Part shown: in pieces, positions 9,311 to 17,630 of the stretch
How the letters are laid out: each line of letters opens with the position of its first letter
Numbering within the stretch: position 1 is the stretch's first letter
Source: Nostoc sp. PCC 7120 = FACHB-418
GTDB taxonomy: Bacteria > Cyanobacteriota > Cyanobacteriia > Cyanobacteriales > Nostocaceae
DNA: 32,000 nucleotides
Direction of reading: 5' to 3'
Assembly: GCF_000009705.1 (NCBI RefSeq)
Contig: NC_003272.1
Coordinates: 1,170,001 to 1,202,000 of the forward strand
The notes under the pieces: generated by a model
The model's database searches: none
Told to the model about the DNA's origin: nothing
Seen by the model: only the letters and a program-made list of their open reading frames with translations
Made by a program: the position numbers and the translations under genes

Positions 9311-10264
9311 ATGGAAAAACCATCGAACTTACTGCTTAAACTCGCAAGACGTTTGTTTGAAAATCCTGATAAACAAGAAAAATTTATCGATGCGTTAGTT
9401 GCTCCTCAGCCTTTTAATCCCTGTATTCTGTGGTGTCAAAATCAGCCTGATAATTCACCTTTTTCCGTAGAATCTCCATTAAGTTGGCAACCAAAATTTG
9501 TTGACCGTCTGCACCTGGGAGAAAAACCCGGACAGCATACCTTACATCATCAAGGATATTTCTATTGTTTAGATTTTTCATCTGTATTTGCTGCGTCTAT
9601 TTTATTAACAATCCCTCAATCAGTAAGCTTAGTTTTTGATATGTGCGCTGCTCCTGGTGGTAAAAGCGTTTTTGCTTGGCAAGCTTTACACCCAGAATTA
9701 ATCATTTGTAATGAGGTTATTGGTAAACGTTTAGGAATGTTAATTTCTAATTTAAAGCGTTGTCAGATTAGCCCTTCTATTATATTTAATAGAGATTCTA
9801 GTATTTTTGCAGAAAATATTCCTTTATCTAGTAATTTAGTCATAGTTGATGCCCCCTGTACTGGACAATCTCTCTTAGCAAAAGGAGAGAAAGCCCCAGG
9901 ATGTTTTCATCCTACTGCTATTAACAAGAGTGCAAATCGCCAAAAGAGAATCATCGCTAATTCTGCACAAATTGTTGCCCCACAAGGTTATCTGGCTTAT
10001 ATGACTTGTACTTATTCCCCTGAAGAGAATGAGCAGGTGTGTGAATGGTTTTTGTCACGATTTCCCCACTTTCAAGCAGTGGAGATTAACCATTTACAAG
10101 AGTATCAGTCTCACTTAACAAATATTCCTTGTTATCGGTTGTTCCCACAAGATAGATTAGGTGCTGGTGCGTTCACAGCACTTTTTAAAAATACTGAAGT
10201 AGGAGAAGTTAAAGAATTAGCTCCACAGATTTTAGATGATTTAGGTATTATTCAGAAATTCTAA
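9311..10264 (+). CDS. RsmB/NOP-family SAM-dependent RNA m5C methyltransferase
   Basis: DMCAAPGGKS (SAM motif I), DAPCTGQS (motif IV Pro-Cys) and MTCTYSPEENE (motif VI Thr-Cys). Confidence 0.8.
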   Translation: MEKPSNLLLKLARRLFENPDKQEKFIDALVAPQPFNPCILWCQNQPDNSPFSVESPLSWQPKFVDRLHLGEKPGQHTLHHQGYFYCLDFSSVFAASILLTIPQSVSLVFDMCAAPGGKSVFAWQALHPELIICNEVIGKRLGMLISNLKRCQISPSIIFNRDSSIFAENIPLSSNLVIVDAPCTGQSLLAKGEKAPGCFHPTAINKSANRQKRIIANSAQIVAPQGYLAYMTCTYSPEENEQVCEWFLSRFPHFQAVEINHLQEYQSHLTNIPCYRLFPQDRLGAGAFTALFKNTEVGEVKELAPQILDDLGIIQKF

Positions 10265-10312
10265 ATCTTTGTAGCGCAGTTAAGTCGGAATAATTAATCA
10301 ATATACCAATGA

Positions 10313-10336
10313 TAAAAGGACACAAACATTGTGTCC
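10313..10336 (-). terminator. Rho-independent terminator for the minus-strand gene 10363..10740
   Basis: On the minus strand GGACACA-ATGTT-TGTGTCC (7-bp stem, 5-nt loop) is followed by TTTTATC. It lies 27 nt downstream of the stop. Confidence 0.5.
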
Positions 10337-10362
10337 CTTGAGGTTGTATTAGAGGTATTCGC

Positions 10363-10740
10363 TTATCGGTTATTATCTTGTAGGTCGTTAGCGCTTCTCT
10401 TAGCTGTGTCTGGATAGACAGAACCGAATTGTTTTACCGCTTCTCCAGATTCTTTGGCAATTCTTTTCGCTCTTTCACCAGGATTGTCCTCTGTTTGACG
10501 CGCTTCTCTATTCCATTCTCCAGTGGTTTTGGGTCTATCAGCATCATCTTGATGTACAACTCTGTCAAGCCTTCTAGTTACGGCATCACTGCTACGTCCA
10601 GAGTCAATTGTAGAGTTTAGGCTGGTGGTTAGTACTAAAAAGCCAACTAAGGCGATCGCAAAAAAACGCTTTACTTGAAACTCTGGAAATAGAAACTTGA
10701 TATGAGTGATTACCTTAGAAAATAAATTTGCCATCATCAT
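10363..10740 (-). CDS. Hypothetical small protein with an N-terminal TM/signal anchor and a charged C-terminal half
   Basis: 125 aa, AIALVGFLVLTTSL hydrophobic segment, terminator downstream. No family recognised. Confidence 0.5.
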   Translation of the reverse strand: MMMANLFSKVITHIKFLFPEFQVKRFFAIALVGFLVLTTSLNSTIDSGRSSDAVTRRLDRVVHQDDADRPKTTGEWNREARQTEDNPGERAKRIAKESGEAVKQFGSVYPDTAKRSANDLQDNNR

Positions 10741-11158
10741 ACTCCATTAATTTGGTGTCAATATTATTCACACTTGCAGTACTTTATTGGTTGTACTTAC
10801 AGTCTGAATTAGCAGTGAAATTTAATGAAAGCTCTCACCACAGCTTCAAGTTAACGATAAAAAACTATTAATTCATCTGACACAAGTTATAAATTATTTC
10901 TAGAGCAAGGAAGTTTTTTAAATTCCTGCTATGTATTATTGGAAGTCTATTTTGATGTTTGAATCTACCGATTTAGTAAGAGAGAAGGGTTAGGGTTCTG
11001 AGTGGTCACATCCCCGACTTGTTGGAGAAGCCAGGGAGCTAGCAACCGCTAACTCCGCCGATAGCAAATTCAAATACCTACAGACCCCTTAACTTATCGA
11101 CAGATATTTCTCAACAGGCTACCATATCAAACTGTATATTAAGCAGGGTCTTTATTTT

Positions 11159-11539
11159 ATGGCCAGTGTAGAACGCGACGAAACCAGAGAGCATCGCATC
11201 GAAACAGAGATTATTGTTGATGCTGAAGATAAAGAAGAAAGAGCAATGGGTTGGTACTACTACCTGGACGATACTTTGGAGTTTCCCTTTATGGGTAAGT
11301 GGAAGAAGAAGTCTCGCAAAACCTCGACCATTGAAGAGAAAACCGTTGAGGTATTGGGTATGGCTCCAGATGATGAGTGTTTGAAGGATATGTATGTAGA
11401 AGTTGCTGATATCGGCGGTAAGGATGATGATGTATATACTGCCAAGCTTTCGGATATAGAGGCTATTGATGTGGATGACGACACTCAAGAAGCGATCGCT
11501 GATTGGTTATATTGGTTAGCTAGGGGATACAAATTTTAG
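11159..11539 (+). CDS. ccbP: Acidic cyanobacterial calcium-binding protein, CcbP-like
   Basis: 126 aa and very Asp/Glu-rich (IIVDAEDKEE, GGKDDDVY, IDVDDDTQEA). Length, composition and neighbouring genes match my memory of CcbP (alr1010) of Anabaena PCC 7120. Not verifiable here. Confidence 0.6.
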   Translation: MASVERDETREHRIETEIIVDAEDKEERAMGWYYYLDDTLEFPFMGKWKKKSRKTSTIEEKTVEVLGMAPDDECLKDMYVEVADIGGKDDDVYTAKLSDIEAIDVDDDTQEAIADWLYWLARGYKF

Positions 11540-12096
11540 GCTAAATTGCGAATTATTCGGCAAGGATTCCCAACGGCTACAACGTTAGTAGGGATGTCTT
11601 TGACAACTACGCTCCCAGCACCAATCGTGGTATTGTCCCCAATTGTTACCCCTGGACAAATAATTGCACCACCACCAATCCAGACGTTATTACCAATTTT
11701 AATTGGGGCAGCCAATTCTCTTCCAGATAGACGAATTTCCGGTTCGGTGGGATGGTAAGCAGTATAAATCTGTACGTGGGGAGCTAACAAAACATTTTCG
11801 CCGATTTCTACTTTGTTGCAGTCTAAAATTACGCAACCGTAGTTCATATATACTCCGTTGCCTGCATAGATGTTGCTACCGTAGTCACAATGAAGCGGTG
11901 GTACGATAGTGATTTTTTCACCTACCTGGGCAAATAATTCTTGTAAAATTTGCCTGCGTTGTTCTGGTTGTTCTTCGGTTGTGGCGTTATACATTCGCAA
12001 CAACCGACTGGCTCGTTTACTCTCGGCTGCTAATTCTGGATCATCTGCTAGGTATAATTCACCTGCCAACATTTTTTGTTTTTCAGTTTTTTCCAT
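11536..12096 (-). CDS. maa: Sugar O-acetyltransferase (maltose/galactoside acetyltransferase family, left-handed beta-helix)
   Basis: MEKTEKQKMLAGELYLADDPEL Mac-type N-terminus and hexapeptide repeats (IGNNVWIGGGAIICPGVTIGDNTTIGAGSVV). ATG 12096 is preferred over the upstream start of the track. Confidence 0.8.
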   Translation of the reverse strand: MEKTEKQKMLAGELYLADDPELAAESKRASRLLRMYNATTEEQPEQRRQILQELFAQVGEKITIVPPLHCDYGSNIYAGNGVYMNYGCVILDCNKVEIGENVLLAPHVQIYTAYHPTEPEIRLSGRELAAPIKIGNNVWIGGGAIICPGVTIGDNTTIGAGSVVVKDIPTNVVAVGNPCRIIRNLA

Positions 12097-12299
12097 ATAT
12101 ATAATTTGTTTCACCCAGAGACACAAAGAAGAGAAAGGGTGCGTAGTGATAACTTTTACAAATATTTACAGTACCTGGGATTAATAGTTTACAGTTTAAT
12201 ATCGATATTTAAGAAAATATGACTTAAATAAACTTAGTGAAAAAATAAAAATATTAATAGTTTTTAAGCGGTAGATACATTTATAAATTGTGCTGTTAA

Positions 12300-13598
12300 T
12301 TAACAATTTGCGGCTTTATTAAATACACCATATCTGGCTTTACCTTGCTGTTTAGCACGGAACATAGCCTGGTCTGCATCTCTTAATAGGTTTTCTGGTT
12401 CGTCATAACTACCAGCATTAAGAGTAATACCGATGCTGGCTGTGGTAAATATTTGATGTCCATTCAGGTTCATGGGTAAGCCTAAGGTATCTTGGATGCG
12501 TTTGGCTACGTTGATAGCGTCGTTAACGTCTCGAATATCTTCTAACAACACGGCAAATTCATCACCACCAAATCGCCCTACAGTATCTCCACTACGTACA
12601 CAGGATTCTAATCTGTGAGCGATCGCTACTAAAAAATCATCTCCTATTCCGTGTCCAAAGCGATCGTTAATTCCCTTAAAACCATCTAAATCTAAAAACA
12701 ACACAGCAAAACGATAATCACTACGGCGTTTGCTACGTTCAATTGCTTGTTTGAGACGGTCTAAAAATAAAATTCGATTGGGTAGCGTCGTTAGTCCATC
12801 ATAAAAAGCATTGCGGAGTAATTGCACTTCCGACTGTTTGCGTTGAGTGATGTCTTGAAAAACTAATACTGCCCCAGTAATATTACCCGTATTATCTCGG
12901 ATAGGTGCAATCTTATCTCCTATCGGTATTTCTTTACCATCCTTAGAAATGAGTGTACAGTTCTCCGGTAAATTGACAATCTCACCAGTCTGCATGGCCT
13001 GTGTAGCCAAATTATCAATTACCTCGTCCATATCCTTATCAACTAGATTCACAACCTCTGCTAAATCTCTCCCAAAAGCTTCATGCTGCATCCAACCCGT
13101 AAGTTTTTCCGCCATTGGATTCATCATTTGAATCTGACCATTAGTAATGGTAACAATTACCCCACAGCCCATACTATTAATAATGTCCGCTTTTTTTTCT
13201 GTTTCTTCCTGTAATTTTTCGTGAATTTGATACTGCTTTAAAGCCATTTCTACAGCAAGATGTAAATCTTTTTCTGCAAATGGCTTTAACAGATAAGCAA
13301 AAGACTCATCTAGTTGTTTATTTTGCAAGTCTAAATATTGTGAATACTCGGCTACATATAATACTGGTATGCGAAAATTACCTTGAATAATATTTGCTAC
13401 TTGTATCCCGTTAATTTCTCTAGATAAACAGATATCAAATAATACTAAATCCAGGTGATTCTCTGTTAATTTTTTAATTGCTTCTTCAGGCGAATTTGTA
13501 ATCCCCAAAACATTATATCCTAATGCTTGTAAACTATTTTTAATATTTAACGCCAGGACTGCTTCATCCTCAACAACTAGGATTTTGCGGGAGACCAT
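12300..13598 (-). CDS. Response regulator with REC, PAS and GGDEF domains (diguanylate cyclase)
   Basis: ILVVEDE...DLVLFDICL receiver domain, PAS region (GVIVTITNGQIQMMNPMAEKLTGW) and RFGGDEFAVLL active-site motif. Confidence 0.85.
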   Translation of the reverse strand: MVSRKILVVEDEAVLALNIKNSLQALGYNVLGITNSPEEAIKKLTENHLDLVLFDICLSREINGIQVANIIQGNFRIPVLYVAEYSQYLDLQNKQLDESFAYLLKPFAEKDLHLAVEMALKQYQIHEKLQEETEKKADIINSMGCGVIVTITNGQIQMMNPMAEKLTGWMQHEAFGRDLAEVVNLVDKDMDEVIDNLATQAMQTGEIVNLPENCTLISKDGKEIPIGDKIAPIRDNTGNITGAVLVFQDITQRKQSEVQLLRNAFYDGLTTLPNRILFLDRLKQAIERSKRRSDYRFAVLFLDLDGFKGINDRFGHGIGDDFLVAIAHRLESCVRSGDTVGRFGGDEFAVLLEDIRDVNDAINVAKRIQDTLGLPMNLNGHQIFTTASIGITLNAGSYDEPENLLRDADQAMFRAKQQGKARYGVFNKAANC

Positions 13599-14092
13599 GT
13601 TAAAATTACCTGTTTGCTAAGGTTCAGATATTGTTGTTAACATCAACTTAATCTGAAAGTTATTTATTCTATGATAATCAATCTCTAAAATATCGGTTAT
13701 TTGCTTGAATAAACTCTTGATTTAAGATTAAAGATTGTGTTAATTGTTGACAAAACTTCCTGATGTTCATCAAATGAAAAAATAGTTGCACTTATCTGAT
13801 GAAGATTTCATCTTCATCTACAATAAAATCATTTTTTGTATCCTATTTGTTACAAAAAAAATGACCAATACGCATATTAGACACCATAATATTTACAGAT
13901 ATTCAATTAAAAAATATTGTATTTTAAATAACCAAATATTGGTTATTATAAGTAAAGATTAAAGGAAGTATAGGGAAACAATTCGTTGTTGTTGCATAGC
14001 TTGTACTGGCACCTAAAAACTTTATCACCTTCTCTATTCTCTAATTATTCTTTCTCTCTACCATTAATGTCTTCGTAAATCCAACTATATTT

Positions 14093-15604
14093 ATGATCCC
14101 CCGTGTAAGAGCGCCAGAATTACCGCAAAATTATCCTTGGTTGAATACTGAACAACCTTTGTCTATTAAGCAACTCAATGGTAGAGTTGTAATTTTAGAT
14201 TTTTGGACTTACTGTTGTATAAACTGTCTCCACGTTCTGCCAGACTTGAAATATCTGGAACAAAAATATAAAGATAGCCTGACAGTTATTGGTGTCCATT
14301 CTGCCAAATTCGACAACGAACAGGAAACCGAAAACATCCGCCAGGCTATATTGCGTTACGATATCGAACACCCAGTATTAGTAGACAAAGATTTTCGTGT
14401 ATGGCAAGAGTATGCTGTACGTGCTTGGCCTACTTTAATGGTTATCGACCCCAAAGGTTATGTAATTGGCTACGTTTCCGGTGAAGGAAATCGAGATAAG
14501 TTAGACCAATTAATTACACAAGTCATTCAGGAACATCAAGGCGCAATTAATTTTCAACAACTCAGTCTGACTTTAGAAAAACAGCGTCAACCATTAATTA
14601 CACCTCTAGCCTTTCCAGGTAAAGTCCTAGCCACCCCATCCGGGTTATTCGTCGCTGACTCTGGACATCACCGCATAGTTGTGAGTGACTTCAACGGCGA
14701 AATTCTGCATTTAATCGGTAATGGAAAGTCAGGCTTAACTGATGGTAATTTTCAGGAAGCACAATTTTCTGCACCCCAGGGAATGGCGTTCGATATGGAA
14801 AATCAAATTCTCTACCTCGCTGACACGGAAAATCATGCTTTGCGGCGGGTTGATATCAATCAGCAAACGGTAGAAACCATTGCGGGAACAGGTGAACAAA
14901 GCCGTAATATTCAACCGCATGGGGGTGTTGGTTTAGAAACTGCTTTAAACTCCCCTTGGGATTTGGTGAACATTGAAAACAGCTTATACATTGCAATGGC
15001 GGGAGTCCATCAAATTTGGCAAATGGATTTAGCAAGCGGTGTGATCAAAACTTATGCTGGTACTGGTGTAGAAGCTTGTCTTGATGCTTCCCTTACAGAA
15101 TCAGCTTTTGCCCAACCTAGTGGAATCACTAATAACGAACAAGAATTATACATTGCTGATAGCGAGATCAGTTCCATTCGTGGTGTGGGACTAGTGGAAC
15201 CTCAGGAAGTCAGAACCGTTTGCGGTAGTGGTGGTTTATTCGGTTTTGGTGATGTCGATGGACAAGGTGAAGATGTCCGTTTACAGCATTGTTTAGGGGT
15301 GGAATATTTCCAAAATTATTTGTGGGTAGCAGATACATACAACCACAAAATTAAATCAGTTAGTCCTCATACTGGTAATTGTCAAACTGTCCTGGGAGAT
15401 GGTTTGGCTGGGTTACAAAATGGTCAAGGTAAAAACACTCGCTTTTTTGAACCTTCAGGATTGAGTGCGATAGATTCATATCTGTATATTAGTGATACGA
15501 ATAATCATGTAATTCGCCGTGTAGATTTGCGTACTTTGGAAGTGACGACGATGCAATTTAATGGTTTGTGTGCGCCTGATGTTTGTATTCCAAATAACTT
15601 TTAA
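14093..15604 (+). CDS. Thioredoxin-like (redoxin) domain plus NHL-repeat beta-propeller protein
   Basis: FWTYCCINCLH CxxC motif in the N-terminal domain, and repeated ADSGHHRIV / ADTENHALRRV / ADTYNHKIK / SDTNNHVIRRV NHL-type blades. Confidence 0.8.
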   Translation: MIPRVRAPELPQNYPWLNTEQPLSIKQLNGRVVILDFWTYCCINCLHVLPDLKYLEQKYKDSLTVIGVHSAKFDNEQETENIRQAILRYDIEHPVLVDKDFRVWQEYAVRAWPTLMVIDPKGYVIGYVSGEGNRDKLDQLITQVIQEHQGAINFQQLSLTLEKQRQPLITPLAFPGKVLATPSGLFVADSGHHRIVVSDFNGEILHLIGNGKSGLTDGNFQEAQFSAPQGMAFDMENQILYLADTENHALRRVDINQQTVETIAGTGEQSRNIQPHGGVGLETALNSPWDLVNIENSLYIAMAGVHQIWQMDLASGVIKTYAGTGVEACLDASLTESAFAQPSGITNNEQELYIADSEISSIRGVGLVEPQEVRTVCGSGGLFGFGDVDGQGEDVRLQHCLGVEYFQNYLWVADTYNHKIKSVSPHTGNCQTVLGDGLAGLQNGQGKNTRFFEPSGLSAIDSYLYISDTNNHVIRRVDLRTLEVTTMQFNGLCAPDVCIPNNF

Positions 15605-15819
15605 GTTCGCGCATTAAACGAAGTCATTCTCGCAAGTAGGCGCAAAGTTTTCTCTGTGCCTCTGCGTCTCTGCGTGAGATAAAAAATGATGGGACTATTA
15701 TTTCCGTATTCTTACTAGATATTTCTTACAAGCGAGAGATTAAAATTAACATAGAGCTTCATTAACAATAGATATTGCTATAGGAATCATACTTGAATAT
15801 TGAACAAACGTAAGTATTT

Positions 15820-15874
15820 GTAGGGTGGGCATTGCACACCATATCCTGTTTTTGATGGGCAATGCTCACCCTAC
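15820..15874. repeat. Degenerate REPIN-like inverted doublet
   Basis: GTAGGGTGGGCATTGCACACC (15820..15840) and GATGGGCAATGCTCACCCTAC (15854..15874) are inverted, with a 13-nt spacer. There are several substitutions relative to the REP at the RAYT gene. Confidence 0.6.
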
Positions 15875-15932
15875 GTATAATTCACGAATCAAATAGTAGT
15901 CCTATAAGTTTAAATAACCTGGATAAATTAGT

Positions 15933-16274
15933 ATGGATAATAGAAAAATTTTGCTAGATAGTGATGATGTTATCCTAATTGGATATGATGCGTTCAAGGT
16001 AAGTAGACTAAAAGAATTAATTGTAGGACAAATCAGAAGTAAGTGGGATAAAGGAACTTACAATCAGGCAACTCAAAAATTTGATGGTTATGTCCGTGAT
16101 TTATTGAGAAATATCTCTCTTGGAGATAATCAGTATATTCCTATTAAAGAAATAGAATATAAATTGAGCATACAGTGTCAAGTTCTTAAAGTAGGTAATA
16201 AAAGCTGGAAAACAGGACAAATCAACATAAATATATTTGTTATTTCTGATTATAAAAAACCGGATATAACGTAA
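15933..16274 (+). CDS. KGK-domain protein, probably frameshifted (see findings)
   Basis: DSDDVILIGYDAFKVSRLKELI and VGNKSWKTGQININ resemble the cyanobacterial KGK domain. The expected C-terminal ESPLDDLRQ motif is in the -1 frame downstream (16259..16354). Low GC. Confidence 0.5.
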   Translation: MDNRKILLDSDDVILIGYDAFKVSRLKELIVGQIRSKWDKGTYNQATQKFDGYVRDLLRNISLGDNQYIPIKEIEYKLSIQCQVLKVGNKSWKTGQININIFVISDYKKPDIT

Positions 16275-16350
16275 ATACTGAATTTTTATTGGATGAAAAT
16301 ATTACAAATGAATCACCTTTGGATGACCTTCGCCAAATAATTCAATCTCA

Positions 16351-16371
16351 GTAGGGTGGGCAATGCCCACC
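16351..16371 (+). repeat. REP sequence flanking the RAYT gene (upstream copy)
   Basis: GTAGGGTGGGCAATGCCCACC. Its exact reverse complement occurs at 17038..17058. Confidence 0.8.
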
Positions 16372-16434
16372 AAAAATATTATGTAAAAATACACACTAAA
16401 AATTGTTCCAAAACCTATAACTTAACTCACCGAA

Positions 16435-17010
16435 ATGCCTGAATATCGTCGTGCATATTTGCCAGGTGGGACTTTCTTTTTAACATTGGTAACATACGAA
16501 CGCTACCCAATATTTTCCAATATAGAAAATATCTCTCACTTGCGTTCTGCTCTAGCAAAAGTACGTTCGGAAATGCCTTTTGAAATAGAGGGCGCAGTTG
16601 TTTTGCCAGATCATATCCATTTTCTCTGGACTTTACCTACTGACGACAAAAATTATTCCCAACGAATTGGCAGATTAAAAGTTTTATTTACTCGTTCAAT
16701 AGATAGTAAAACAATATTACCTAAAAATTTATCTAATTCACGCCGTAAACATCGGGAAAGTAATGTATGGCAACGTCGTTTTTGGGAACATAACATACGT
16801 GATGAAGCTGATTTTGAAAAGCATTTGAACTATATCCATTACAATCCAGTTAAGCATGGTTTAGTTTCTTGTCCTCACTTATGGGATTATTCTAGTTTCC
16901 ATAAATTTGTGAGAAGAGGTATTTATTGTAGCAATTGGTATTGTTCATGTTCTGGGGAGAGAATACAAATACCTGATTTTGATAAAAATTTGGAAAAAAT
17001 TGGAGAATGA
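16435..17010 (+). CDS. REP-associated tyrosine transposase (RAYT; IS200/IS605-like Y1 HUH transposase)
   Basis: 191 aa. HUH motif in LPDHIHFLWTLP, catalytic Tyr region HLNYIHYNPVKHGLV and RRFWEH block. Bracketed by inverted REP copies. Confidence 0.8.
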   Translation: MPEYRRAYLPGGTFFLTLVTYERYPIFSNIENISHLRSALAKVRSEMPFEIEGAVVLPDHIHFLWTLPTDDKNYSQRIGRLKVLFTRSIDSKTILPKNLSNSRRKHRESNVWQRRFWEHNIRDEADFEKHLNYIHYNPVKHGLVSCPHLWDYSSFHKFVRRGIYCSNWYCSCSGERIQIPDFDKNLEKIGE

Positions 17011-17037
17011 GTTTGGTTACTACATAATGAGATAATT

Positions 17038-17058
17038 GGTGGGCAATGCCCACCCTAC
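17038..17058 (-). repeat. REP sequence flanking the RAYT gene (downstream, inverted copy)
   Basis: GGTGGGCAATGCCCACCCTAC is the exact reverse complement of 16351..16371. Confidence 0.8.
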
Positions 17059-17087
17059 TCAATATTCAAGAATTTAATAAACTAAAT

Positions 17088-17435
17088 ATGAATACTATTC
17101 TCCATATCACCAAACGTCAACAATGGGAACAAGCAAAAAATGTCGGCAGCTACCATGCTGATTCACTGGATACAGAAGGGTTTATTCACTCTTCTAAATC
17201 CATACAAATCCTCAAGGTTGCCAATAGATTTTTTCACCACCAAACGGAATTAGTGTTACTTTTTATCGACTCTGATCAAGTTAAACCAGAAATTCGCTAT
17301 GAAGCGGCTGATGGTGATTTATTTCCGCATATTTATGGCGAATTAAATCTTGATGCTGTGTATCAGGTGATTGATTTTGAGCCTGGGGAAGATGGGTTGT
17401 TTGAGGTGCCGCCAGAGGTTGTAAGTTTAGGGTAG
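17088..17435 (+). CDS. DUF952 family protein
   Basis: MNTILHITKRQQWEQAK...SLDTEGFIHSS...LVLLFID...FPHIYGELNLDAV matches the DUF952 pattern. The track start 17046 (MPTLL...) is a translation of the REP and is rejected. Confidence 0.7.
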   Translation: MNTILHITKRQQWEQAKNVGSYHADSLDTEGFIHSSKSIQILKVANRFFHHQTELVLLFIDSDQVKPEIRYEAADGDLFPHIYGELNLDAVYQVIDFEPGEDGLFEVPPEVVSLG

Positions 17436-17441
17436 ATAAGT

Positions 17442-17630
17442 ATGGAGATGAAAGATCAAGCGTTGGGTGTGTATGTTGAACAAACGGCTTTGCTGTTGGA
17501 TTTGCCGATAAAAGATGAGTACCGGGATGGGGTGGTGGCAAATTTTGAGAGAATAAAAGCGATCGCTCAACTTGTTAACTCATTTCCACTACCAGAAGCA
17601 ATAGAACCCGCCCCTGTCTTTGAACCATGA
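17442..17630 (+). CDS. AtzG-like small protein (DUF4089)
   Basis: 62 aa. LLLDLPIKDEYRDGVVANFERIKAIAQLVNSFPLPEAIEPAPVFEP fits the DUF4089/AtzG pattern. It lies 6 nt after DUF952 and overlaps the amidase start by 4 nt (ATGA). Confidence 0.7.
   Translation: MEMKDQALGVYVEQTALLLDLPIKDEYRDGVVANFERIKAIAQLVNSFPLPEAIEPAPVFEP

Noticed and set aside
10975-11085. Possible tRNA or small RNA gene in the ccbP upstream region
   Set aside because: I could not fold a cloverleaf or find T-loop (GTTCGAATC-like) or anticodon-arm features. Only one imperfect hairpin is present. It is kept as a note under the ccbP finding.
17046-17087. Upstream start (MPTLLNIQ...) for the DUF952 gene
   Set aside because: The ATG and the first codons are part of the REP sequence (GGCAATGCCCACCCTAC). 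DUF952 homologues begin near MNTILHIT (ATG 17088).
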